This document shows positions 14,667 through 28,303 of a DNA stretch of 64,000 nucleotides, one piece after another. Position numbers and translations under genes: made by a program. This DNA comes from Eukaryota sp. TZLM1-RC (lineage: Eukaryota > Protista > Metamonada: BaSk clade). The notes below the pieces were generated by a model. It was not told the DNA's origin. It made no database searches and was given only the letters and a program-made list of their open reading frames with translations. Numbering within the stretch: position 1 is the stretch's first letter; every line of letters begins with the position of its first letter. The stretch covers positions 31,392 through 95,391 of the forward strand of contig JAUPSS010000015.1 of assembly GCA_040285825.1 (NCBI GenBank). The letters are read 5' to 3'.

Positions 14667-17600
14667 GCTTTTAAAAAATAATTTATATGTATGCCATGTT
14701 TGCTCCTCGCTTGATACATTACGGCCTCCATGTAAGATTCCGAATGTTCTCAGTCCCAAGGCTTCCATTCCCTTTTCTGTTGCGTTTAGAACATTCAGTC
14801 TTGCTTTGAAAAAAGGAGAATGGGATATATTTTCTATTTGGAAATTCTTCCTTGAACAAAAATCAGGTTCTCGTCCCCAAAAGGCTTTCACTCCAAAGAA
14901 ACAACCCAAGAATAAGACTGTACGAAAATTTTTGCTACGTGGGAGATATGGTTCAGGGAAAAACGCTCTGTTCTCATCTGATCTTGCTCCTGTGACTGAT
15001 GAAACTGTAAATCAATTAGTGGATCTGCATCCAGCTGAATTTCTTCATTTGGATAAACCATCTGCTTCACAATTTTGGAAACAAAATCCACTTTCTGAAA
15101 AAGAAGTTGAAACTGCCATTTTCCGTCTTCCATCTGGAAAAGCTCCAGGTCCATCTGGAATTACTTTTGATATGCTGAAATCTGTGTGCCGCCAAAATGC
15201 CTTTATTATTAAAGATTTATGTTCCTTTTTTCAAGATGTTTTGACAATGAAAATTGTTCCACCAAAAGAATTAAGTGCATCACGGTTAGTGGCTTTAACT
15301 AAACCTAATGGAAAAGTTCGCCCAATTGCCATTGGTGAAGCCATTTATCGCCTGATGTCTTCAGTAATTTTTAATCGAGTTTCAACAAAAGCTAAAGAAT
15401 ACTTTTCTCCATTCCAATATGGAATCAAAACCATAGATGGAGCTTCAGTTGCAGCTTTGACATCTGATCTGTTTTTCAATTGTCACGAAAATAGTTGCAT
15501 TTTTAATCTTGATTTCAAAAATGCTTTCAATTCAGTGAACTTGTTCAGTAAATTGTAGACAATTTAACAAAATACGTACCCAATTTTTGGCTTATTTAAT
15601 GTCTGTTGATCCATCAATTTTGAAAAATCATATTTTTTCTGATGTTCAACTTGGCGGTGTTGGATTCAATTCATCAAAATATTTGACCAAAGCTGCATTT
15701 ATTGGTGGTGGAAAAAATTTTTGTATTTGAATTCTCCAGAAGATATCCTTTTGCCGAAAATCTTCTTGAAACTACAAATAGCCTATTCCTCGATAACTTA
15801 AGAGAAGAAATTTCCAGTTTATCTCCAGACTTATGGCAATCATGTTTCCCCATATCTATTCAAGACATTCCAGACAGAAGTTTGTATTCTCTAAAATTTG
15901 CGTTGAAAAAGCTCCAACGACATCTTTTTGAAAAAAATTTGAAAAGCAAGGATTTTTATTGTTCGACTTAGCACGGCTAAGAAAGAAAATCCTGTTTTGC
16001 AAATTTTTGATTGATTGAAGGACAGTTCATCTGCAGTTTTGATAAATCAAATTCCCCAGATTTATGGTCTATTTTTTTGAATGACGACCAATGGACCACT
16101 GCTATGAGAATGCGTTGTTATTTATGGCCTTGTAATTTGCCCAATGATTTGTTTTTGCAAATGTGGAGCTGGTTTGACATTATCACATTTATTTAATTGT
16201 AATAGATTTATTTCCTATCGTTCTACGTTGCATGATGCAGTCAGAGATCAAATCCATGCAATGTGTAATTCCTATCATATTGAATCTTTTGTAGAACCTT
16301 TGTTGAGGTCTCTTGATATAAATGAAAGCGTAAGAGATTCAGAATATAGGAAAACGACGTGCTGATGTTGTTGTGCCCTCGTTTGATGATGTCATGAATG
16401 TTGTTGATGTCGTAACAGTGGATGTTTTGCAAGAAAAAAATGCCTTGAAAAATGCTCAATCCGAAGTATCCCCCTTGATGACTCCGAATTGTACAAACGG
16501 AAAAAAAGTATGCAAATCCTTTAAAAAGAATTGAAACATGTTCGCCATGTAGATTACCAAATTTGCCCATTTGCTATATCGTTGTATGGTCGTCTTGGAA
16601 AAAAACTGCTATGAATTTTATTGATGATTTTTGAGAAATCTTGTAGAAAGAAGAATGAATAAGCGTTTTTGATCGTCGCTTGTGGCTAAATCGTATTGTT
16701 TTTACTATTTTCAAATCAATTCCTAAAATGATTTCAAAGCTTTGATGTCTGTCAGTGCACATTACGAAGAAATTGCTGTTGTGAGGTTTGATGGTGTGGA
16801 AGCTTGTTTTGAAGATATTGACTTTTTAGACTGTAGTTTAATAATAAATTAAAAATTTTTCAAAAATTCAGTGAAAAAGAGATTCAATTTGGAAAGAAAT
16901 CAAATCAAATTTTTCCTGAACTCGAAACCTTTTTTATAGGTTTTTATGGTAATTCATCTGATTTAATTTTTAATTCTTTTTAATCTGGATTCTTTATCAG
17001 GAGTTAAACAAAGGAGACCCTTTAGGTCCTTTCTTTTTGTCGTGCAATTCACCCAATTTTGGAAAAAATTAAAGAAGAAAATTCTGACCTTCAAGTGGTA
17101 GCTTACATGGATGACATTTTCTTGTATTGGTCCAGAAAGTACAATTAATAGGGTTGCTAATGAAGCTGCTACATTATACCAATCCATAGGTCTTGATTTG
17201 AATGTTCAAAAAAATGTTTTTTTGTATTTCTAGGAAAAAAATGTTAAGTTAATAATTAATTCCCTCGAAGTTCCATATATTGATTATACTTCAACTAGTT
17301 TCTGCTTTCTGGGTTGGTATTTAGGTTCCGCCGAAAAAGACACTTGACAGCCTTGAAAATTATTTAAATTCAATTAAAAAGAGCTAGAAGTCATAAAGAC
17401 TCTTGGATTGGAAGAAACATCTTAAATTTTTTTCTTTTTGAAAATTTGTTATGCTGGAAAAAAATTACTCATTTACTGCGATCATTACCTCCATCCCTAA
17501 CTTACAATTTTTTTGTAGACAATTTAACAAAAATACGTACCCAATTTTTTTGGCTTATTTAATGTCTGTTGATCCATCAATTTTGAAAAAAATCATATTT

Positions 17601-18840
17601 TTTTCTGATGTTCAACTTGGCGGTGTTGGATTCAATTCATCAAAATATTTGACCAAAGCTGCATTTATTGGTGGTGGAAAAAAATTTTTGTATTTGAATT
17701 CTCTAGAAGATATCCTTTTGCCGAAAATCTTCTTGAAAATACAAATAGCATATTCCTGGATAACTTAAGAGAAGAAATATCCAGTTTATCTCCCGACTTA
17801 TGGCAATCATGTTTCCCCATATCCATTCAAGAAATTCCAGACAGAAGTTTATATTCATTAAAATTTGCGTTGAAAAAGCTCCAACGACATCTTTTTGAGA
17901 AGATTTGAAAGCAAGGATTTTATTGTTCGACTTAGCACGGCTAAGAAAGAAAATCCTGCTTTTGCCAATTTTTTGATTGATTTGAAGGACAGTTCATCTG
18001 CAGTTTTGATAAATCAAATTCCCCAGATTTATGGTCTATTTTTTTGAATGACGACCAATGGACCACTGCTATGAGAATGCGTTGTTATTTATGGCCTTGT
18101 AATTTTGCCCAATGATTTGTTTTTGTAAAATGTGGAGCTGGTTTGACATTATCACATTTATTTAATTGTAATAGATATATTTCCTATCGTTCTACGTTGC
18201 ATGATGCAGTCAGAGATCAAATCCATGCAATGTGTAATTCCCTATCATATTGAATCTTTTTGTAGAACCTTTTGTTGAGGTCTCTTGATATAAAATGAAA
18301 GCGTAAGAGATTCAGAATATGGAAAACGACGTGCTGATGTTGTTGTGCCCTCGTTTGATGATGTCATGAATGTTGTTGATGTCGTAACAGTGGATGTTTG
18401 CAAGAAAAATGCCTTGAAAAATGCTCAATCCGAAGTATCCCCCTTGATGACTCCGAATTGTACAAACGGAAAAAGTATGCAAATCCTTTAAAAAGAATTG
18501 AAACATGTTCGCCATGTAGATTACCAAATTTGCCCATTTGCTATATCGTTGTATGGTCGTCTTGGAAAAACTGCTTTGAATTTTATTGATGATTTTGAAA
18601 ATCTTGTGAAAAAAAGAATGAATAAGCGTTTTGATCGTCGCTTGTGGCTAAATCGTATTGTTTTTACTATTTTCAAATCAATTCCTAAAATGATTTCGAA
18701 AGCTTTAATGTCTGTCAGTGCACATTATGAAAACATTGCTGCTGTAAGGTTTGATGGTGTGGAAGCTTGTTTTGAAGATATTGACTTTTAGACTGTGGTT
18801 TTGAAAATAAATTAAAAGTATGTTAAAAATTAAAAAAAAA
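14667..18840 (+). mobile_element. Family B near-full-length copy (subfamily B2 tail) with a nested B1 copy at 15540-16864
   Basis: RT N-terminus KAPGPSG, RPIAIGE, QYG, LDFKNAFNS; TSD GCTTTGGTCAA (14656-14666 / 18841-18851); nested copy TSD (AA)TTCAGTGAA (15529-15539 / 16865-16875). Confidence 0.88.
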
Positions 18841-19057
18841 GCTTTGGTCAAATATTTTGATGAATTGAATCCAACACCTTTTTACAATCATTTCAAAATC
18901 ATCCAAAAAACGTAAAGCAGTTGGTGCAAGTGAACCAAAAAGGGAAAGTACAAATGGATACAAATTGTATTTTGCATGCTGTAGACTGGCCAATTTGGAC
19001 AAAGGTTCATTGTATTTTTTTAATGAAAAATTTTAATTTATTATTAAACTACAGTCT

Positions 19058-19783
19058 ATATTTGCAGCTCGGCTGTTTTAAATCAAGATCTTCACTCATT
19101 GTTATTGGAAAAGGGTGTTTGTGAAAACAAGGCGTCAGATTCTTCACTTTTTGTAACCATTGTACCACGAAGATTTGGATTGTGTGCCACTAATGAAGCA
19201 TTTGTAACAAAAATGAGATTATATTTGAACATCCCCATTAACCAATTATTATCAAAAGAAAAATGTATTTGTTCGAATTCACCTCAACTCACTTTGCGCC
19301 ATGCTCTAAATTGCTCTAAATTGATAACTTATCGTTCTTCATTACATGATGCTGTTAGAGACACTGTTTTCAATATGGCACAAACTGCAAGGATATCGTG
19401 TATCAAAGAGTCCCTGCTGAAGGAAACACTTTCTCTGAATAATTTTTGGTTCTGATGATAGAGGTGATGTATACTGTGATTGGATTGATAATTCTGAAGC
19501 TATTGTTGACTTTTGTCTCATGTAATGTTGCAAACGATACTTTGGTTCACAGAAGAAAACTTAATCCTGTGGCTGCTCTGGATTTTTAAAGCAAAAAGAA
19601 AAAAACATAGAAAATATGATAAAGAAATTGAAGATGCAAATGTCGATAGAAATACACAGCTGGTTTTTATTGCTTTTCCCATTTTTCGATAAATGGAAGA
19701 TTATCAGTTGAAGCAGAAACTTTTTGAAAAATTTTTAATTTATTATTAAAACTAAACTTTTTGGATGACTTCCAAAAATGGTG
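19058..19783 (+). mobile_element. Family C fragment (Zn motif + endonuclease)
   Basis: Reverse complement of ~49675-50369; CICSN..HALNC..HDAVRD and DRGDVYC. Confidence 0.8.
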
Positions 19784-20142
19784 CAAAAATGGAATTTGAT
19801 AAATCAAATTCCCCAGATTTATGGTCTATTTTTTTGAATGACGACCAATGGACCACTGCAATGAGAATGCGTTGTTATTTATGGCCTTGTAATTTGCCCA
19901 ATGATTTGTTTTTGTAAATGTGGGCTGGAATTTCTTGAATGGATATGGGGAAACATGATTGCCATAAGTCGGGAGATAAACTGGATATTTCTTCTCTTAA
20001 GTTATGGAGGAATAAGCTATTTGTAGTTTCAAGAAGATTTTTCGGCAAAAGGATATCTTCTAGAGAATTCAAATACAAAATTTTTCCACCACCAATAAAT
20101 GCAGCTTTGGTCAAATATTTTTGATGAATTGAATCCAACACC

Positions 20143-21498
20143 TTTTACAATCATTTCAAAATCATCCAAAAACCTAAAAGCAGTTGGTGCAAGTGAACCA
20201 AAAAAGGAAAGTACAAATGGATACAAATTGTATTTTTGCATGCTGTAGACTGGCCAATTTGGACAAAAGGTTCATTGTATTTTTGTTAATGAAAATTTTA
20301 ATTTATTATTAAACTACAGTCTAAAAGTCAATATCTTCAAAACAAGCTTCCACACCATCAAACCTCACAACAGCAATTTCTTCGTAATGTGCACTGACAG
20401 ACATCAAAGCTTTCGAAATCATTTTTAGGAATTGATTTGAAAATAGTAAAAACAATACGATTTAGCCACAAGCGACGATCAAAACGCTTATTCATTCTTC
20501 TTTTTCACAAGATTTTTCAAAATCATCAATAAAATTCATAGCAGTTTTTCCAAGACGACCATACAACGATATAGCAAATGGGCAAATTTGGTAATCTACA
20601 TGGCGAACATGTTTCAATTCTTTTAAAGGATTTGCATACTTTTTCCGTTTGTACAATTCGGAGTCATCAAGGGGGGATACTTCAGATTGAGCATTTTTTT
20701 CAAGGCATTTTTTTCTTGCAAACATCCACTGTTACGACATCAACAACATTCATGACATCATCAAACGAGGGCACAACAACATCAGCACGTCGTTTTCCAT
20801 ATTCTGAATCTCTTACGCTTTCATTTATATCAAGAGACCTCAACAAAGGTTCTACAAAAGATTCAATATGATAGGAATTACACATTGCATGGATTTGATC
20901 TCTGACTGCATCATGCAACGTAGAACGATAGGAAATAAATCTATTACAATTAAATAAATGTGATAATGTCAAAACCAGCTCCACATTTGCAAAAACAAAT
21001 CATTGGGCAAAATTACAAGGCCATAAATAACAACGCATTCTCATAGCAGTGGTCCATTGGTCGTCATTCAAAAAAATAGGCCAAAAAAATCTGGGGAATT
21101 TGATTTATCAAAACTGCAGATGAACTGTCCTTCAAATCAATCAAAAATTTGCAAAAGCAGGATTTTCTTTCTTAGCCGTGCTAAGTCGAACAATAAAATC
21201 CTTGCTTTCAAATTTTCTCCTCAAAAGATGTCGTTGGAGCTTTTTCAACGCAAATTTTTAATGAATACAAATTTCTGTCTGGAATTTCTTGAATGGATAT
21301 GGGGAAACATGATTGCCATAAGTCGGGAGATAAACTGGATATTTCTTCTCTTAAGTTATCGAGGAATAAGCTATTTGTAGTTTCAAGAAGATTTTTCGGC
21401 AAAAGGATATCTTCTAGAGAATTCAAATACAAAAATGTTTTCCACCACCAATAAATGCAGCTTTGGTCAAATATTTTTGATGAATTGAATCCAACACC
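20143..21498 (-). repeat. Uninterrupted 1.36-kb chimeric monomer
   Basis: Same two junctions as 6652-8019. Confidence 0.85.
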
Positions 21499-21640
21499 TT
21501 TTTACAATCATTTCAAAATCATCCAAAAACCTAAAGCAGTTGGTGCAAGTGAACCAAAAAGGAAAGTACAAATGGATACAAATTGTATTTTTGCATGCTG
21601 TAGACTGGCCAATTTGGACAAAGGTTCATTGTATTTTTGT

Positions 21641-24600
21641 TAATGAAAAATTTTTAATTTATTATTAAACTACAGTCTAAAAAGTCAATATCTTCAAAAC
21701 AAGCTTCCACACCATCAAACCTCACAACAGCAATTTCTTCGTAATGTGCACTGACAGACATCAAAGCTTTCGAAATCATTTTAGGAATTGATTTGAAAAT
21801 AGTAAAAAAACAATACGGATTTAGCCACAAGTGATGATCAAAACGCTTATTCATTCTTCTTTTCACAAGATTTTCAAAATCATCAATAAAATTCATAGCA
21901 GTTTTTCCAAGACGACTATACAACGATATAGCAAATGGGCAAATTTGGTAATCTACATGGCGAACATGTTTCAATTCTTTTAAAGGATTTGCATACTTTT
22001 TCCGTTTGTACAATTCGGAGTCATCAAGGGGGGATACTTCAGATTGAGCATTTTTCAAGGCATTTTTCTTGCAAACATCCACTGTTACGACATCAACAAC
22101 ATTCATGACATCATCAAACGAGGGCACAACAACATCAGCACGTCGTTTTCCATATTCTGAATCTCTTACGCTTTCATTTATAACAAGAGACCTCAACAAA
22201 GGTTCTACAAAAGATTCAATATGATAGGAATTACACATTGCATGGATTTGATCTCTGACTGCATCATGCAACGTAGAACGATAGGAAATAAATCTATTAC
22301 AATTAAATAAATGTGATAATGTCAAACCAGCTCCACATTTGCAAAACAAATCATTGGGCAAATTACAAGGCCATAAATAACAACGCATTCTCATAGCAGT
22401 GGTCCATTGGTCGTCATTCAAAAATAGGCCAAAAATCTGGGGAATTTGATTTATCAAAACTGCAGATGAACTGTCCTTCAAATCAATCAAAAAATTTGCA
22501 AAAGCAGGATTTTCTTTCTTAGCCGTGCTATGTCGAACAATAAAATCCTTGCTTTCAAATTTTCTCAAAAGATGTCGTTGGAGCTTTTTCAACGCAAATT
22601 TTAATGAATATAAACTTCTGTCTGGAATTTCTTGAATGGATATGGGGAAACATGATTGCCATAAGTCGGGAGATAAACTGGATATTTCTTCTCTTAAGTT
22701 ATGGAGGAATAAGCTATTTGTAGTTTCAAGAAGATTTTCGGCAAAAGAATATCTTCTAGAGAATTCAAATACAAAATATTTTCCACCACCAATAAATGCA
22801 GCTTTGGTCAAATATTTTGATGAATTGAATCCAACACCGCCAAGTTGAACATCAGAAAAATATGATTTTTCAAAAATTGATGGATCAACAGACATTAAAT
22901 AAGCCAAAAATTGGGTACGTATTTTGTTAAATTGTCTACAAAAATTGTAAGTTAGGGATGGAGGTAATGATCGCAGTAAATGAGTAATTTTTCCAGCATA
23001 ACAAATTTTCAAAAGAAAAAACTTAAGATGTTTTTCCAATTCAAGAGTCTTTATGACTTCTAGCTCCTTTTTAATTGAATTTAAATAATTTTCAAGGCTG
23101 TCAAGTGTCTTTTCATGGAACCTAAATAGCAACCCAGAAAGCAGAAACTAGTTGAAGTATAATCAATATATGGAACTTCGAGGGAATTAATTATTAACTT
23201 AACATTTTTCCTAGAATTACAAAAACATTTTTGAACATTCAAATCAAGACCTATGGATTGGTATAATGTAGCAGCTTCATTAGCAACCCTATTAATTGTA
23301 CTTTCTGGACCAATACAAGAAATGTCATCCATGTAAGCTACCACTTGAAGGTCAGAATTTTCTTCTTTTAATTTTTTCAAAATTGGGTGAATTGCACGAC
23401 AAAAAAAGAAAGGACCTAAAGGGTCTCCTTGTTTAACTCCTGATAAAGAATCCAGATTAAAAGAATTAAAAATTAAATCAGATGAATTACCATAAAACCT
23501 ATAAAAAAAGGTTTCGAGTTCAGGAAAATTTGATTTGATTTCTTTCCAAATTGAATCTCTTTTCACTGAATTTTTTTTTGAAAAATTTTAATTTATTATT
23601 AAACTACAGTCTAAAAGTCAATATCTTCAAAACAAGCTTCCACACCATCAAACCTCACAACAGCAATTTCTTCGTAATGTGCACTGACAGACATCAAAGC
23701 TTTCGAAATCATTTTAGGAATTGATTTGAAAATAGTAAAAACAATACGATTTAGCCACAAGTGATGATCAAAACGCTTATTCATTCTTCTTTTCACAAGA
23801 TTTTCAAAATCATCAATAAAATTCATAGCAGTTTTTCCAAGACGACTATACAACGATATAGCAAATGGGCAAATTTGGTAATCTACATGGCGAACATGTT
23901 TCAATTCTTTTAAAGGATTTGCATACTTTTTCCGTTTGTACAATTCGGAGTCATCAAGGGGGGATACTTCAGATTGAGCATTTTTCAAGGCATTTTTCTT
24001 GCAAACATCCACTGTTACGACATCAACAACATTCATGACATCATCAAACGAGGGCACAACAACATCAGCACGTCGTTTTCCATATTCTGAATCTCTTACG
24101 CTTTCATTTATATCAAGAGACCTCAACAAAGGTTCTACAAAAGATTCAATATGATAGGAATTACACATTGCATGGATTTGATCTCTGACTGCATCATGCA
24201 ACGTAGAACGATAGGAAATAAATCTATTACAATTAAATAAATGTGATAATGTCAAACCAGCTCCACATTTGCAAAACAAATCATTGGGCAAATTACAAGG
24301 CCATAAATAACAACGCATTCTCATAGCAGTGGTCCATTGGTCGTCATTCAAAAATAGGCCAAAAATCTGGGGAATTTGATTTATCAAAACTGCAGATGAA
24401 CTGTCCTTCAAATCAATCAAAAAATTTGCAAAAGCAGGATTTTCTTTCTTAGCCGTGCTAAGTCGAACAATAAAATCCTTGCTTTCAAATTTTCTCAAAA
24501 GATGTCGTTGGAGCTTTTTCAACGCAAATTTTAATGAATATAAACTTCTGTCTGGAATTTCTTGAATGGATATGGGGAAACATGATTGCCATAAGTCGGG

Positions 24601-25706
24601 AGATAAACTGGATATTTCTTCTCTTAAGTTATGGAGGAATAAGCTATTTGTAGTTTCAAGAAGATTTTCGGCAAAAGAATATCTTCTAGAGAATTCAAAT
24701 ACAAAATATTTTCCACCACCAATAAATGCAGCTTTGGTCAAATATTTTGATGAATTGAATCCAACACCGCCAAGTTGAACATCAGAAAAAATATGATTTT
24801 TCAAAATTGATGGATCAACAGACATTAAATAAGCCAAAAATTGGGTACGTTTTTTGTAAAATTGTCTACAAAAATTGTAAGTTAGGGATGGAGGTAATGA
24901 TCGCAGTAAATGAGTAATTTTTCCAGCATAACAAATTTTCAAAAGAAAAAATTTAAGATGTTTTTCCAATTCAAGAGTCTTTATGACTTCTAGCTCTTTT
25001 TTAATTGAATTTAAATAATTTTCAAGGCTGTCAAGTGTCTTTTCGGCGGAACCTAAATACCAACCCAGAAAGCAGAAACTAGTTGAAGTATAATCAATAT
25101 ATGGAACTTCGAGGGAATTAATTATTAACTTAACATTTTTTCTAGAAATACAAAAACATTTTTGAACATTCAAATCAAGACCTATGGATTGGTATAATGT
25201 AGCCGCTTCATTAGCAACCCTATGAATTGTACTTTCTGGACCAATACAAGAAATGTCATCCATGTAAGCTACCACTTGAAGGTCAGAATTTTCTTCTTTT
25301 AATTTTTTCAAAATTGGGTGAATTGCAAGACAAAAAAAGAAAGGACCTAAAGGGTCTCCTTGTTTAACTCCTGATAAATAATCCAGATTAAAAGAATTAA
25401 AAATTAAATCAGATGAATTACCATAAAACCTATAAAAAAGGTTTCGAGTTCAGGAAAATTTGATTTGATTTCTTTCCAAATTGAATCTCTTTTCACTGAA
25501 TTGAAAGCATTTTTGAAATCAAGATTAAAAATGCAACTATTTTCGTGACAATTGAAAAACAGATCAGATGTCAAAGCTGCAACTGAAGCTCCATCTATGG
25601 TTTTGATTCCATATTGGAATGGAGAAAAGTATTCTTTAGCTTTTGTTGAAACTCGATTAAAAATTACTGAAGACATCAGGCGATAAATGGCTTCACCAAT
25701 GGCAAT
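21641..25706 (-). mobile_element. Two tandem family B copies (21641-23570 and 23571-25706)
   Basis: ORFs 21654-23132 and 23611-25311 share private variants (DHHLW, YSRLG, GKYF). The tail is followed by TTCAGTGAA, as at 16865. Confidence 0.88.
23611..25311 (-). CDS. Family B polyprotein, C-terminal 566 aa (RT AYMDD, thumb, Zn motif, restriction-like endonuclease)
   Basis: ORF-track translation contains all the listed motifs; N-terminus broken by a frameshift. Confidence 0.8.
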   Translation of the reverse strand: MKKLKEENSDLQVVAYMDDISCIGPESTIHRVANEAATLYQSIGLDLNVQKCFCISRKNVKLIINSLEVPYIDYTSTSFCFLGWYLGSAEKTLDSLENYLNSIKKELEVIKTLELEKHLKFFLLKICYAGKITHLLRSLPPSLTYNFCRQFYKKRTQFLAYLMSVDPSILKNHIFSDVQLGGVGFNSSKYLTKAAFIGGGKYFVFEFSRRYSFAENLLETTNSLFLHNLREEISSLSPDLWQSCFPISIQEIPDRSLYSLKFALKKLQRHLLRKFESKDFIVRLSTAKKENPAFANFLIDLKDSSSAVLINQIPQIFGLFLNDDQWTTAMRMRCYLWPCNLPNDLFCKCGAGLTLSHLFNCNRFISYRSTLHDAVRDQIHAMCNSYHIESFVEPLLRSLDINESVRDSEYGKRRADVVVPSFDDVMNVVDVVTVDVCKKNALKNAQSEVSPLDDSELYKRKKYANPLKELKHVRHVDYQICPFAISLYSRLGKTAMNFIDDFENLVKRRMNKRFDHHLWLNRIVFTIFKSIPKMISKALMSVSAHYEEIAVVRFDGVEACFEDIDF

Positions 25707-25729
25707 AAAATTTGCTAAATAAAATTTAT

Positions 25730-27174
25730 CCAAATTTGCTGAAGAAAATAAGTGACTTTTCAACATTCCTGGTTCTACATCCAATAAATCAGCAAAAAAT
25801 TCTGTTCTTAATGAATTGAATGAACGACAAAAATCTAATGCTGTGGAAGGAGCACAAGATCTCAAAATGTGGGTTATTCTCCCAGTGTAGCAAATTTTAA
25901 GCATGAAAAATTTAATATGCTTTTCTATATCTAAAGAAGAAATTGAATCAAGTTCAATTTTCATTTTTTCCAAAATAACTTGCAATTCATTCTGAATTTG
26001 AGGCACGTTTCCTAACCAACAACCAAGGAACTTAAAAGCATCACTACTATAATTAGTAAAAGGGACAATAGAATCGTTTATCACGAGATCTTGAGCAGAA
26101 GATCCAATCAGAAGGCATTTGCTGGCATTTTGGAATTTCTTTTGATCTCTTAAAAATAGCGTGTTCCAGTGTTCCCGAAATTGCTGATGATCTAGCCCAT
26201 TATTTTCAACAATTAATTGTTTTGAAAATTAATCCTCCATTTGAATTACTCGCAGCACGTCTGATTGCTTTAGTAAAGCCTGGAAACGGAATCAAACCTG
26301 ATGGAATACGCCCAATTGCTGTTGGTGAATCTCTTTCTCGTTTGCTGGCATCAATTGTCTTCGATCGTGTCAAAGACAAAGCTTCTACATTTTTGAATCC
26401 TCATCAATTTGGAATCAAAACAATTGATGGTGCTTCTGTTGCTGCTATTGCCTCTGATACCTTTTTTAATGCAGAGGAAAATAATTTTATTTTTAATCTC
26501 GACTTTAAAAATGCTTTTAATTCTGTAAAGCGAGAAGCAATTTTTGAAATTATTAAATCTGATTTTCCTGAGCTATCGAGTTTTTTCTACCATCTTTATG
26601 GGAAAGAATCAGATTTAATTTTTAATTCATTTGGTCTTAAATCATCTTCTGGTGTGAAGCAAGGTGATCCTTTAGGTCCATTATTGTTTTGTTTAGCTAT
26701 TCACAAAACTTTAAATATCATTAAGCAAAAATACCCTTCTATAAAAATAGTTGCTTATATGGATGATTTATCCTTGATTGGTTCATTTGATTTACTAGAA
26801 TTAGTTGCTCAAGAAATTGCCGATTCATATGAAAAAATTGGCCTTTATCTTAATGCCAGCAAATGCCTTCTGATTGGCTCTTCTGCTCAAGACCTCGTGA
26901 TAAACGATTCTATTGTCCCTTTTACTAATTATAGTAGTGATGCTTTTAAGTTCCTTGGTTGTTGGTTAGGAAACGTGCCTCAAATTCAGAATGAATTGCA
27001 AGGTATTTTGGAAAAAATGAAAATTGAACTTGATTCAATTTCTTCCTTAGATATAGAAAAGCATATTAAATTTTTCATGCTTAAAATTTGCTACACTGGG
27101 AGAATAACCCACATTTTGAGATCTTGTGCTCCTTCCACAGCATTAGATTTTTGTCGTTCATTTAATTCATTGAG
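25730..27174. mobile_element. Family A internal fragments in inverted arrangement (minus 25730-26129, plus 26131-27174)
   Basis: ORF 26222-27202 is the RT core; inversion junction GCTGGCATT|TTGGAATTTC. Confidence 0.85.
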
Positions 27175-27341
27175 TGTTGTTGTTGAACTCAAATTGAATT
27201 AGTAGGTTTCTTTGTATTTCGACTGATGACGTGATACTCATTTATGAATCAGTTTTATTAATAAACTACAGATTTTTTCTCTCTCCTTCGTGTGTTCATC
27301 TGCCTAACGGCATCAATAATTATTGGCCCTTCTTATTTCAG

Positions 27342-28096
27342 ATGACTGTTCCTTCTGTCAACCTCCGTCTCTTTCTTCCATGAAAGTTGAAAGTGTTCTC
27401 TTGTTCCTACAAGAGTGGAAGATCTATTCTTCTGTGACTTCTAAGAAAGAGCTTGTTCCAGCAAGACTCTTGGTCGATTCTTTTCTGTTAGAGTCCCTAT
27501 CTCTCCAGAAATCCGACGTCTCTTCCAGTGACGATGTTCTTCTTAGACATCTTCAATCTGTCGTATCGTTCGCCACGTACGAAGATTTTAGTCTGGCTAT
27601 GTCAAAACTGAAGCTTGATGTCCGTATTGGTGACGTCCGAGAACGTATGTCCTGTTACCTGCGACGTTTTCTCCAGGTAAAGAGTAGGGCTTCCGGACTG
27701 AAGTTACCAGACACAGCTTTTCTGAATCGATTTGCCAGAGGAATTCTTCCCGTAGGTCTTCAACGTTCTCTACTAGCGAGCATTCGAGATGATGTATTCC
27801 CAGATCTTCACTCTCTTGTCGAAACCACTACTGATGAGCTGTTGGACTGCTCTAGGGTTGCTTCATGGACTCGTGGTTTCAAAACCTCAGTGAATGATGT
27901 GGAACGTACGGCTGGCACTAAAACGAGGTCCTCTTGGCGCTCTCAGGATTTAAAAAATCAATCGTGCTTCAAGTGCCACAAGCCTGGACACATCTCCCGC
28001 GATTGTCCATCTAAAATCAAACATGAGGTAAATTATTTGTGTCACACAAACGATGCACCAAAGAGTTTAACAAACCCCATATCTTCCCTCTATTGA
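27342..28096 (+). CDS. gag: Gag-like protein with CCHC zinc knuckle (1-bp frameshift near the start)
   Basis: CFKCHKPGHISRDC; near-identical to the intact copies apart from one missing C in a C-run. Confidence 0.75.
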
Positions 28097-28251
28097 GCCA
28101 GTACTGTATTTGTCCTCAGAAAAGTGGGAAAAAGTAGTGTTGTTGTTGAACTCAAATTGAATTAGTAGGTTTCTTTGTATTTCGACTGATGACGTGATAC
28201 TCATTTATGAATCAGTTTTATTAATAAACAACAGATTTCTCTCTCTCCTTC

Positions 28252-28303
28252 GTGTGTTCATCTGCCTAACGGCATCAATAATTATTGGCCCTTCTTATTT
28301 CAG
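28252..28303 (+). other. 52-nt spliceosomal-type intron spanning the LTR 3' end and primer-binding region
   Basis: GTGTGT...CCTAAC...CCCTTCTTATTTCAG|ATG; exactly this segment is absent at 29215/29216. Confidence 0.8.

Noticed and set aside
27316-27341. Defined tRNA primer-binding site or Tf1-type self-priming
   Set aside because: TGG lies 8 nt from the LTR end, I could not assign a tRNA, and no complement of ATAATTATTGG was found in the LTR. The priming mode is unresolved.
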